64,000 bases of DNA, from IMG/VR virus record IMGVR_UViG_3300025030_000042; one strand, given 5' to 3'. The translations under genes and the position numbers were made by a program. Numbering within the stretch: the stretch's first letter is position 1; every line of letters starts with the position of its first letter. The stretch comes from a virus. Its lineage: Duplodnaviria > Caudoviricetes. Below are positions 47,401 to 55,600 of this stretch, piece after piece. The notes beneath the pieces were generated by a model that was given only the letters and a program-made list of their open reading frames with translations, searched no databases and was not told the DNA's origin.

Positions 47401-48919
47401 AAGAAACCAACGACTTTATTTGTAGTTGTAAAGTATCAAAATAACTTGAGATTATTTGAGTCAGATTTAATAAATGATTTGCTTCTCTATCTCGATCCTC
47501 CTCTATAATCCACGCCGGAAATGAGTTATATATTGAAGCATTGTTGTTTAAATCATAATATGAACCAGTAGATCTCTTATTGCTTAAAAGAGTATAAACA
47601 TCTTTATGTTCCAAATATATAATAGGATCTTTGTTTTCAAATGCCGCTTTTCCAGAAATAACCATTGCTGATCCGGTCGCTCTTACTCCGGAAGCATATC
47701 CTTGCCACCAACCGTGAGACAAACGACCGGAATAATCTAAAACTGTTGAGTCTATAGAACCAGAACCAACAATTCCTTCATTGAACTTATAATAAACTCC
47801 AAGTTCAACATTAGCATCATCTGTATTAGTTCCGCCGTGAACCTGCGACTTCCAATATCTTCCAATATCTCTTGAAGTTCTTACGGACTTCCAAAAACGA
47901 AACTCATCAACAGAACCAGAAAGTTTTCCCCAACCTTCTGCCGCTGGAGGAGATTCTGTTGGGCTTGATTTTGTTCGTAGGGCACTAATATTTGCTATCA
48001 GTGATCCTGTTATTTCATTTATAGCACCATTGGAAACAGTTGTAATATCATTCAGTTCGCCGTTCTTGTATAAAGAAACAAGCAAATCAAATCCGTGATT
48101 TTGTGTTGAAATGGCATAATGATTCCAAGTGTTTGACATAACAGAACTTGTAGAAACCGTTCCATCATTCAAACCAACCGCAGTATCAACACCAGCAGAA
48201 ACCGTTCCGGAAACACAAGTTACATAAAAAACTGTATTCGGTTCCGTAGAACCTGTAATATAAACCGTAAAACGACCATATTGACTTCCAATGGCATACG
48301 AAGGAGTTTCACCATTCCACAAATCAAAAATAACAGATTTGCCATGAGCGTTTCCAATCTCTCCAGTATTTAACCAAAACTCAATCGTATTACCACGATC
48401 ACCACCAAACCGAAGATTGCTTTCTCTGTGTTTACTGGATTTATATTTATTTGCTCCGATTTTGCTTCCGGTTAAAACATTGTGCGGACCACCTTTTATT
48501 GTAATCCACTCAAGACTTGCGCTTGGAGGTTGAACGAATAACTCATCGGATGTTAATACTTTTGTTCCCCAGCCATTTACACAAAAGCGAACAAACCCGT
48601 TTGTTCTTGGATATTCGTTATCAAAAATGTATTTGTCAAGATAAGAAGAACTGTTCCAAAACTCTAACTTTTCTTTTGAAGAACCGTCAAAAGGATACTG
48701 ATTGTATATTCTTTTAATGCTGTCTTCATAATATTTTTCACAATTTCCATAGAAACAAAACTCTGCTGGATTACTAAAATCAACCGTAGGAATATATCGT
48801 TCTTTGTCTTCCACATAAGCAGAAACATATTCTTGTGATTCCGCTTCGGAACCGACAGAGTTGATGGTTGCGTTTGTTAAAATTTTGTTGTTTGAAAATA
48901 GATCTTTGATCTTAGACAT
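38495..48919 (-). CDS. Giant baseplate wedge-like protein (3474 aa) with LamG/ConA-like domains
   Basis: YKSKGTEKSLRNLIRCFG wedge motif; LamG-like TIEFW...WNHYAIS...GSVDEFRFW and FTVSAWI...WYHVV...GYMSDFSL; lies downstream of gp6/gp25. Confidence 0.75.
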   Translation of the reverse strand: MSKIKDLFSNNKILTNATINSVGSEAESQEYVSAYVEDKERYIPTVDFSNPAEFCFYGNCEKYYEDSIKRIYNQYPFDGSSKEKLEFWNSSSYLDKYIFDNEYPRTNGFVRFCVNGWGTKVLTSDELFVQPPSASLEWITIKGGPHNVLTGSKIGANKYKSSKHRESNLRFGGDRGNTIEFWLNTGEIGNAHGKSVIFDLWNGETPSYAIGSQYGRFTVYITGSTEPNTVFYVTCVSGTVSAGVDTAVGLNDGTVSTSSVMSNTWNHYAISTQNHGFDLLVSLYKNGELNDITTVSNGAINEITGSLIANISALRTKSSPTESPPAAEGWGKLSGSVDEFRFWKSVRTSRDIGRYWKSQVHGGTNTDDANVELGVYYKFNEGIVGSGSIDSTVLDYSGRLSHGWWQGYASGVRATGSAMVISGKAAFENKDPIIYLEHKDVYTLLSNKRSTGSYYDLNNNASIYNSFPAWIIEEDRDREANHLLNLTQIISSYFDTLQLQIKSLVSLKNANYISSSNKPLPFADRLLSSMGFVTPEIFADADIISHLVQKDEKVELEQKLHDVRNLIYQNIYNNLTYIYKSKGTEKSLRNLIRCFGVDDELVRINLYADNITHEFKDNYRYTTVKKNYIDFNNTGSFSATVYQYTASSNTDSVSILSASSQKYEKTGYAQTYECEVVFPKKFDQRSELYFETPFITSSLMGVHTALTGDFNNTAWNLASRIGATSGDVANFQIYAVRDKMESSDVYFKLTGSSEGYFPVLTSSLFRDVYNNEKWNLAVRIAPTKYPYINAISGTYGGTYNIEFYGVNTILDKVQNEFVVSGTINTSQATDFLTNLKRFYIGSHRTDFTGSVLQQSDVKISSARVWATHLSNDEIKAHAIDPTNYGTLHPLDSIHLFQHNLSGSSTGSFLPSANALMLHWDFAKVTGSDASSQFYVDDLSSGSSTTQQRYGWLGPIINRQHTGRGDFFPASYTNIVDKEYIFGAKQKLPEILDSSDMIEILEQDDVVFTRSSRPIKHYFSVEKSMYQTISDEMIDIFATIKEFNNLVGEPVHKYRQSYKGLEKLRSMFFEKVANTPDIEKYIDFYKWIDSSLGKMLLQLVPASANISEGIMNVIESHIFERNKYWSKLPRIEHKIDDPESGMKGINELTYDWEHGHYPESGKQRENRLYWQQKALRSDSPLSTGDATFDEERNRLLSASLQTFNRKLTTPYRLVVTQNEVFKKNKNKVSPQYILNSTRFGNPTQNFVYIPSSSVLEPIDNTDDLGLNKKKTMIGKAVNAYDGTTQNSDLVLPFNMVSSSVNTGYQSQIKNFKDDVAIVNLHRDVYGNEKDPPLQGPFTEQYVGGLQYRHIGLNTGSTLNDETNRPEGWRIFVSNNELRVESPENLASLTSDVNIARAQYYRDEVAKRPVNIKNIINQNYRKTYEVVHTTGRKENNQAFVENNGFTSSVGTSVMLVSPLILSGTSHYTKPTRAKSGHIFVTRFSAPGDKLTSGDSNGGQGLDLESAEYSPYNSLNYRNPFIRKYLNTASARHCGPFGYDSQLGRVQAHTYEGTASFHKVYRNRLERPKQSGSNDSLVTASVFDNLFIQHAIPRNEFNYSWISSSYYLLPYGFSTGSEDITFISASSNGSALIGGTRYYDIDAQELSLYSATDFIPDNFTFLNYHIYENITASNHLLGFGENVNWNNINNGFYNTNIIDGFFSVGSLSVPNRFTYLNTLLNKRNGPYGWSSWKQIRAGETPLARYLKKNNIITIIEKPQPLIVSVAGGQQTVVEKRGSKLVSYTEPSITSKYKPIVQQFVILGENNKEENITIKYPYAGEISSFANDDLSNRIKLNNKFTIYDKLVNNYINRSVEDVNNPINKFNFLKYSETLFPREINTYLSKVRQRENYSFDIWNENRGQRHQTNVQNSQGFTVNQSKWSLDGRNSYETANVVTGSSGGEGELQNNYTTFFGGNPDYNKQPSLPGNTNPAVVRFNFVSESNARTSEPSAQTLGINYYKEGVYLGAGNSFFGSQGSTFPNDFTVSAWINLTSSFSGSTSQQPARQTILSMGADNYVFYLETGSAVNTRYLGFSGSNNSQWRTQTEINDGTWYHVVTVVDLANAMATRVKFYVNGSEVTSDIWGAGTGSVTISSTGSCIASSSYGSFPYEGYMSDFSLLSGGMTATQIGELYNNGKPRSLYTLTRTSSVWDHWYRLGGGFGTLTDALGDYTNTSLFGKSWVVLDNMNGSGKDYNDTNYTSTRANRFWNMFHSGSTRYSIPLNGMNYNDFITSHTLLGTAEVRSSAWADSFQVGALYSRRTVEYTGIPWIRKVLIESAISPALNFEVRLTGSKIFAGDTKWSAPDESGKKPFYESYSDYNDGLKSIGKDYSIIPEFRISEHMTNYVDQQGGNFYSDNDGFLNLTGATIDNSSQNDFYKTYSHTDFMKYFDIINNDHKDMGKIDEIVLSCKALLKFLPYEGFYPQNRTLQIATLFSQSYGDNVFPRGYGNRSASTGSWRAFLAPFFGPGILYNSIKSGIAVDFPIYDGNIPPNIMEDFKSGVGSEDALSYGLEPYLTSSRTSRGVYGIPTNARANQWVIDGNDASLLLNDQVYGLIGVNPTGSDDKVEWQTVLASPFSSRIPFEGLVTPENYISKKMIWDMEPDHSASLRTKFNDAATNQAAFWGGKGSQKYKLAIHNFLAEVPDFFLENENFTTFTSKPIPQEGIIVKEEDSKSFFGMDVTVYNGQIKSLTDYHERRSSKEFSYLDSKTFKVSGSDWDDLKGTHTKMYDRNSAFGPPWVFPHHYFTASNTIVSYHHSYEPFTPSYFNGYGSARLLFYPYKGAGKYTIDEIQSHLTMSYTRMPTERNGVCGVYLTDNIMDWTTLAHLDKSAFNKTVNARDDEVGITINSLGVSDLVSTFISASNNWMMLSASVNLLGKTKVKKVTYGKGKSEEYEPILVEDDPTNSEIVWSIQPKWETPILNFKNKTPVAPSENSGTGSLSRGMWHQYGDIITGSEGIYFSINDIPDSKLNSEGKSSISVTNTNTQQKAIGSWFNRSENLVELEKQNAKVTVYIGDHLQLDSKTIIIDGTSLVGGVASGDFIVSTSNFNAALNLVSAINSTTNSTVGSSNPGGIPLYQRVSASARLVYENNPFVDTNVTTGSVVAAVDIVFVDTLDKKIQHMISDPFYREDAGAIDYGQVYSAASGSAMTYPDYYAAGVLGNKRVVSIETNSLDYWVLEGADKKGNKTTGHNVYFAGGSSPKYEIKSMADLLGFDKTPKKLGRIADEKVIKEAVVAVPFVVVNGNKKFFSISRREIDLALNKRQKKENEKQVGDTIVDMVEKMKKYVFPPKMDFIKNKNIRPFAMYIFEFEHKLTKQDLADIWQNLQPEIGVKVEQKEVSISHKLLSNELLKGTFSDKLQWMVFKVKEKAQWNYFAKTADSFDDDRFKFNFNIGGGRGASKAVEPDYSYNWPYDFFSLVELVKMDATLAIKDKKDVEDK

Positions 48920-48927
48920 TGCTACAG

Positions 48928-48935
48928 TAAATACT
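48928..48935 (-). promoter_or_regulatory. Putative late promoter, variant AGTATTTA
   Basis: AGTATTTA-CTGTA-G-CA-ATG upstream of the giant gene; no SD. Confidence 0.55.
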
Positions 48936-48967
48936 ATTGAGTAGGAATTTTAATCTTTTTCTATATT

Positions 48968-50431
48968 TTATTTATCTACCCTAAACTTCCAGGATTGCTT
49001 CATTTCGCGATAATCATTTGCTGTTGTCTTATATAAAAAGTTCATTTGATACATATATCCGGGTTCAAATATTTCCATATCTATATCACAGTATGACCCG
49101 CTTTCATCGTAGCCCAAACGAGTGTGATTCATTGATCCCGTGCCCCAATCCAGTACCACCAATCCATCCGTCACTCTTTTGACTCTATAATATAAATCTT
49201 CAATAAAAGCGTTTGTCGCTTGATTTTTAGCCACAGAATATATCGTTGGCTGATGATCCTTGTCACGAACGAAAACTCTAAAGTTCGCTTTCTCTTCTGG
49301 AGAATATACAGGTTTCAGATTTGTTATTGCCGCAACATAGTTAAACGATGGATTAAAGTTGTATGAGTTTAACGATTTTACTGTTATCGCACTACCGGTA
49401 AAATAACAAGTCGTAAAGTTTGCTCCATACCATCTATCGTAAACAACACTTGCGCTGGTGTTGAGAGCAAATGAAGCTGTGTACACTCCAACCGAATGAT
49501 ATCCGCCGGTTACAGGATATCTTGGCGTTATCGTTCGGATTTCGTTTGAACCGGTCGCAGTTGTAAATATTTTGAGGTATATGTTGCCGGTGGAAATGTC
49601 TGGGATATTTTTGAGTTGACCCCGAACATAGTTGTAAAGATACAGTGTATTTAAGTTATCGGTAGCAGAAGCAAGAGAACTGGAGTTATAGAAATTTCCG
49701 CGCGCATCTTTATATGACGAATCCCATCTCGCCTCAATAACTGGTCGCTTAAAGAAAAACTCCGACCCTCTTCCAAAAAACTGTTTGGTATATGATGAAG
49801 ATTGAGCAGTCTCAATACTTCCGGACATATAAATACCAACACCATAGTTGGTAGTTGCTTCACCATTTGAGTTAGCAATCCATTCTTCGGTCAAACTTGT
49901 AATATCCAAAGAAAGATCTTCTATTCCGGTTTCAAAATATTGAGTATATGCTGGAAGAGATAATCCTTCATTGTAGGCGCCTGTGTGATAGTCTCCTCCA
50001 TTATTTGTCCAACCGACATATCCAGACGAACCAGAACTTGCTGTGAGCCAGTTGGAAACACCTTCATCCCAATATCCATCCATATCCAACCCATATCCCT
50101 CGTTCCACGAACGAGAAATAGGTTGAATAGCAAGAGTATACTTTCTTGGGACCGTAAAAGAATGCTCGGCATTATAAAGATTTAAATAAAATGATACCGA
50201 ACCGCTTTGAGGAATAGTTCCATTATCACGACTTTGAGATATTGAAGTTATTGAAAACTCTACTAAAATGCGAGATAACTCGGCAGAAGAACTATTAGCT
50301 TGACCGTAAATAACATATGTTTCCAAAACATCTGCCATTCCAGAGTTAGAAGCGGTCGCACGAGTCGTCAAATCCATACGATAAGCATTTCGTATTGTAT
50401 TATCTTTATTTGCTGTCCATCTTTTAATCAT
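48968..50431 (-). CDS. Baseplate-associated structural protein (DNRLRE-like N-terminus)
   Basis: KDNTI...SRILVEFSI...WNEG.G...SNW...WT..GGD pattern; lies between gp6 and the giant wedge. Confidence 0.6.
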   Translation of the reverse strand: MIKRWTANKDNTIRNAYRMDLTTRATASNSGMADVLETYVIYGQANSSSAELSRILVEFSITSISQSRDNGTIPQSGSVSFYLNLYNAEHSFTVPRKYTLAIQPISRSWNEGYGLDMDGYWDEGVSNWLTASSGSSGYVGWTNNGGDYHTGAYNEGLSLPAYTQYFETGIEDLSLDITSLTEEWIANSNGEATTNYGVGIYMSGSIETAQSSSYTKQFFGRGSEFFFKRPVIEARWDSSYKDARGNFYNSSSLASATDNLNTLYLYNYVRGQLKNIPDISTGNIYLKIFTTATGSNEIRTITPRYPVTGGYHSVGVYTASFALNTSASVVYDRWYGANFTTCYFTGSAITVKSLNSYNFNPSFNYVAAITNLKPVYSPEEKANFRVFVRDKDHQPTIYSVAKNQATNAFIEDLYYRVKRVTDGLVVLDWGTGSMNHTRLGYDESGSYCDIDMEIFEPGYMYQMNFLYKTTANDYREMKQSWKFRVDK

Positions 50432-50451
50432 TTTTTATTTGTTCCAAAATA

Positions 50452-52248
50452 TTAACGAACGCTTATACGGACATCTAACTTGGGAAATTTAATTTCCCAT
50501 ATCATATCTTCATCAACCACCACCATTCTTCCATCTGCCGTCAACGCTTTATTAATATTAAATCTTGTATCAGAATAGTTCCCACCATTCTTATTTACCA
50601 CCTTGACACTCGCAACATCCAAAACCTCATCAATGTTTTTAAGTATTTGATATACTTGTGTTATTAAAAACGGTTCTCCAATCTCTGGAGGTTCTTGATA
50701 AAAACTTGCCAAATAATCTGTTGCCGCCGAAAGAACAGCAAACTTATTTTCTTCTTCGCTCACAATGATTTCTATTTCAAGACCAAGGTTCACAACTTTT
50801 GTGTTTAAGATGTCTATTGTATCGTTGATTACTTTTTTTTGATTTAACCACGCTTTCATATTCTCTTTTATCGTATTTGAAGTCGTTGTAAGCACTCCAG
50901 TCTGATCTTCACTCACACAATATAGATTTAAGTTTCTTTTAAACGAATCGTGGTCTTGAACAACATTTACTCTTTTAACCGCTCCAAACTGCGGTGGCAT
51001 CGCATACACAACCGCTTTATAATCCTGAAGAGTTACCGCCCGATTTTGTGTGGCAAAATTATCATATATTCTTCTTCTCAACTCTGTTGATGATGGCAAA
51101 GAAACATCGCCAACTATCGGTTCCTCGTTCGTAACTTCAAGTGAGTTTATAATGACACTAACTTTCGTGGGATTTAAACTTATAATGTTGTCAAACTGAA
51201 ATAGTGGATCGATAACTTCTGTTAATGAATCCGTTGAAGCGTTCACATTTTCCGTATTATTGCTTCTATACACTATTCTCAACTTTGTATTTGACGGAAC
51301 AACTCCAAACTTATCTGTCGCAATAAGTTTACTTGGATCAAATGTGGTGTCGGTCGTATAACTTTTGCCGTGAATGTTTAAAATAACATTTGTCGGATCG
51401 GCAATAGAGTTTGTTTTTATTTCATCTTCCGAACCATATCCGAACTGGAGATATGTAATATCTCTTTCTCTCTCAACCACAAATCTTCGTGCCACAACAA
51501 CAGGTTTTAATATTTCTCTTGCCACATCTTTATCTGTTGACCGATTTATGATCGATTTATAAATAACATTTTCAGAAAGATATGGAACTTCATAGTATTC
51601 GTGACCTTCGCTATCCAAAACTGATACTATTTCTGTTATATTTTCTGATTCCAACGGAACTTTCAAAAATCTTTCATAGTTTCCTATGGTGACAGTCTCT
51701 ACGAGAAGTTCGCCGGATATTACTTGTCCGTGCGCTTTAATGGCGTATGATGTCGGCAATCCTGTATCAGAATCTACTCCAGAAACCACCACTTCATTGT
51801 TATCGTCCGAGAAATCAACATTCTCGTTTAATATAAAAAGATTTCCTGTTACCGACGCTATTTCCGTTCCTCTTTGAAGAAGAGGAATATAATCCGAATC
51901 TGGTCCAAGTCCTACTGATTTTGCTGGAACTATGACATAAAATGTTGCTATTCCATAAGAAGAAGGATTTGATTGAAACTTATATCCCAATGCTCTACCG
52001 TGACGGATTATATTATCATATTCTACAGAAGTATCAAGAAAACTTTCGTTAACACTATAATCAAGATAAAAGTTTAGAATGTCTCCAACATAAGATACAG
52101 TATCAAGAACCATAGAACCAAATGATGCTTCAGAAAAATCTTTGTTTGTGTTCGCATAATATCGTTTAGCATAATCAACGAGATCTTTCTTTATGCTATT
52201 GAAGTCACGAGAAGTGTATTTGATTAACTTTTTTTTGTTGTCAGCCAA
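50452..52248 (-). CDS. Baseplate wedge subunit (T4 gp6-like)
   Basis: YTSRDFNSIKKDLVDYAK, DFSEASFGSMVLD, LQFGYG, ATQNRAVTLQDY; TTG start with SD GAGG. Confidence 0.9.
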   Translation of the reverse strand: MADNKKKLIKYTSRDFNSIKKDLVDYAKRYYANTNKDFSEASFGSMVLDTVSYVGDILNFYLDYSVNESFLDTSVEYDNIIRHGRALGYKFQSNPSSYGIATFYVIVPAKSVGLGPDSDYIPLLQRGTEIASVTGNLFILNENVDFSDDNNEVVVSGVDSDTGLPTSYAIKAHGQVISGELLVETVTIGNYERFLKVPLESENITEIVSVLDSEGHEYYEVPYLSENVIYKSIINRSTDKDVAREILKPVVVARRFVVERERDITYLQFGYGSEDEIKTNSIADPTNVILNIHGKSYTTDTTFDPSKLIATDKFGVVPSNTKLRIVYRSNNTENVNASTDSLTEVIDPLFQFDNIISLNPTKVSVIINSLEVTNEEPIVGDVSLPSSTELRRRIYDNFATQNRAVTLQDYKAVVYAMPPQFGAVKRVNVVQDHDSFKRNLNLYCVSEDQTGVLTTTSNTIKENMKAWLNQKKVINDTIDILNTKVVNLGLEIEIIVSEEENKFAVLSAATDYLASFYQEPPEIGEPFLITQVYQILKNIDEVLDVASVKVVNKNGGNYSDTRFNINKALTADGRMVVVDEDMIWEIKFPKLDVRISVR

Positions 52249-52266
52249 GTTTTAATATCCTCAATA

Positions 52267-52274
52267 TAAATAGG
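52267..52274 (-). promoter_or_regulatory. Putative late promoter, variant CCTATTTA
   Basis: CCTATTTA-TATTG-A-GGAT upstream of gp6. Confidence 0.55.
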
Positions 52275-52277
52275 ATT

Positions 52278-52649
52278 TTATTCTACTTTCTCTATAATGG
52301 TAAATAAATCTTCCAGATCCAAAGGAAGAATCTTATATCTTATAGAAACACTTAAAAGATTGCTATCTGTAGCAACATCAATATCTATTATTTCAATGAA
52401 CGGCATATATTTTGAAACTTGTGTTGCTATTTTATTTGAAACATCCGAATGTATTTCTGAACCTGCGTTTTCAAAAAGAAAGTTTCTTAAACCACAACCG
52501 AATAGTGGATCATAAATGCGTTCGCCCGGGGCAGTGAAAATAAGATTCTTGAGATTTTGTTTGACAAGATCCGCATATTCTTTATTGAGGGCATATGCGC
52601 CATCACTGTAATCAATATGAAGAGGTAATCTAACCCCGATGCCAGACAT
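52278..52649 (-). CDS. Baseplate wedge gp25-like protein
   Basis: VKQNLKNLIFTAPGERIYDPLFGCGLRNFLFE. Confidence 0.9.
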   Translation of the reverse strand: MSGIGVRLPLHIDYSDGAYALNKEYADLVKQNLKNLIFTAPGERIYDPLFGCGLRNFLFENAGSEIHSDVSNKIATQVSKYMPFIEIIDIDVATDSNLLSVSIRYKILPLDLEDLFTIIEKVE

Positions 52650-55600
52650 TATTTATTATCTTCCTCAGCGCAAACTTCTCCATTTTCAGTTTTCTTTTCC
52701 ATTTCTTTTTGATTTTCTCTTTCTTGTTCTCCTGGAAGTAATCCGGCAGCTAAAGCACCAAACCCGTATGGTCCAATAGGAGGACCAAAACCAAATGGTC
52801 CAAATATATTCACCGGTGCGACGGGCAAAATGCTACCCGGATTTAATGGTAATCCCAATGATTTTATAAGTTTATAGCTTGGGTCATAAGTTTCCGCCAG
52901 TCCCTTAATTAACAAGGGAACAGTCATCCTCGCCATAGACTCATATCCTTTCGCTCCGGCAGTCGTAAGATTTCTCATATATTCTGCCCTTATTCCAACA
53001 TTATCTCCAGCACCTTCAACATTCGGATCTTCTCTCTTCCACCACATTCTATCTGGAGTTAGTGTTCTAATCAGTGAAAACAGTTCTTTTTTTGTATTTT
53101 CAAACACTTCCCTATCGTAATGTCTTTCCAAAAATACTACATTGTAAATAGAAATCAATGTTAAGAAGCGCTCAAGAGGAAACACAAATCTAAATAATAG
53201 TTTATATTCTTCTGTTTCAACAAGTTTTTGTTTTAATCTTTCTATAATCTTATTTTCTTCTTCACGACCAATAGGCTTATCAGTAGTCAAATCCATTTCT
53301 TCATCTTCTACCGAAATCAATGGAATAGAAAAAACCATATTTTTTTCAAGTGAAAATGCTTTATATTGAACCGCTTTATTTTGATCAATATTAAACTTTT
53401 TCATTATTTTTAACATTTTTGAATCTGATTTAAGTTCTGGAATATATGTAAGTCTCAATCCAAAGTTACCACACCTCTTTTGTTCTTTGCCGAACTCTTT
53501 TTCGGTCAAAAAGAACTGGCTTGGTCTTTGAACAACATCAACTCCTCTTCCGTTCAAAGTTTTTGTTCTAACATATTTTTCTAATATCAAACCACCTTCC
53601 GCATATCTATTTTTTCCTAATGTCTGTTTTCCTTTGACATCAACGAAAAATCTCTCCGATTCTATTGCTTCAGGAACATCTTCCGGAGTTAACATCCAGT
53701 TATTCAAAAAATAATGATTTAATGTTACATTTTTGGGCGATCTAAATATACTCTCTATATTTGAAGATATTTCATTGAGTTCTATTTTTATTAGTTCTTC
53801 CAAATGATAAATCCCAGAAATAAAATCCGGACTTGAGGGATCATTTTTAATGGTTTCATTTGGCTCATCGGTATTGTTTGGATTTATTGTTCCAGAACCG
53901 ATTTCTTTTTTTATTGTATCAAAAATAATATTCTTTACTTCATTTTGTTCTTTATTGATATCCGCCTTGATTTTTTCCACGACAAACTTAACAAATAAAT
54001 CAGAGTTTAGAATGTCCGCGACTTTAAATGTAGAAAATGTAAATATATTCTTTAATAAAACATCCAAAATATAAATCTTAACGATAGTTTTAGTAGCGCC
54101 GGATAATCCAGCCGTTTCTACCGCAGATTGTTGATTGTTTCCACAAACTTGATCAAACTTATCTTTTGTATTTTGTTTTATTTCATTTATATTCAATAGA
54201 CCGTTTTTATTATTCGGCGGACAACTTGTATTAAATGTTTGAACTCTATCGTTTTTTAATAAATCAAGTTTATTAAACTCTTTGATATTAAAAAGAGATG
54301 AGTTAGATATTTGTAATGCTGTTTGTTGAATAAAAAACTGCGTCAACTTATTAAAAACATCGTTTCTAAAATAACTTACAAACTCGCTATCATTTTTAGA
54401 TATTTTATCAATATCATTTTTTAATATTGGGCTCCACAGTTTTACTATAAAATCTGAAAACACTTTTTGTTGTGGAGATGTACTATCATCTAACCCAACA
54501 TTCATTTTAGAAATAATATTTTTTGTTTCAACATCAATATTTTTATTGACCGAAATGTCTAAAAGTTCGGTATTCGTGTCTATAATAGTTCTATAAGTAT
54601 CGTGTATATCTTTTGACTGGAGAAGAAGATATTCAACCAAACTTTTGTCACTCAATAGAGATAGGGCAAGATCTTCTTTTATTTCAGTGATTTCGGTGAT
54701 ATAAGAAGTATATTGTTTTTCTTTTTTTTCTTGTTCACACTCTTTATTTTGCTGTATTAGACCACTGCTCATATTTGATGTATTTACCAATCCACCAATA
54801 GAAGTTGGTTTAGCGAGTTTTGATTGTTCTTTTTCTTCTAATACCGCTACTGTTTGTTCTTTCGTCGCTTTTTTGTTTCGTAGGGAAATATTTTTTCTTA
54901 TTTCCTCAAGTTCTTTATTTCTTGATTTCGTTCCATTGAAAACATATGTTGTGTTTACACTTGAAACACCATCTTTCTTCACAAAGTTATCAACCGTAGA
55001 AAGCGATTGTTTTAAATCCGGAAGTATTGTTATATTTTTGGAATCAAATAATCCTGATAACATATCTGACATAAGAATATTACTATCTTCTTTTGATAAA
55101 TCCGACAGTTTTTTCAATCTTATATCATATGCTTTTTTAAAGTTTTCAACATCCGTCTTCAAACCATCTTGAAGATTTGAAATCATTCCTTGTAGAAATG
55201 ATGATACATCATTTTCAAAAGCAAACTGAATGCCTGAAAACATTACATCTACAGTCTTTTCGTTTAAATAAGAGACCGATAGAGGATCTTTATTCAAGAA
55301 ACAGTTCTTATTATCAAAGTTTGGAATAACACCTTGAAAAAATGATTCATTTAGTTTTGAAAACAACTTTATCTTTTCGGCGTTTCTTTTCTTTTTCTCA
55401 GAAAGTTGTTCATCAATCTGCTTTGAAGACATACGACCTTCAAGTATACATTTCCGAAACTTATCTAACGAAACATTTTCACAAGAATCGGGTATTCTTT
55501 CGTTCAACTGCTCACACACTTTTTTATCAACATATTGTCCAAGCAATAAAAACAGTTCTTTTATTTTTTCTTTATTCGGGAAAATCTTTCTCAAGGATGG

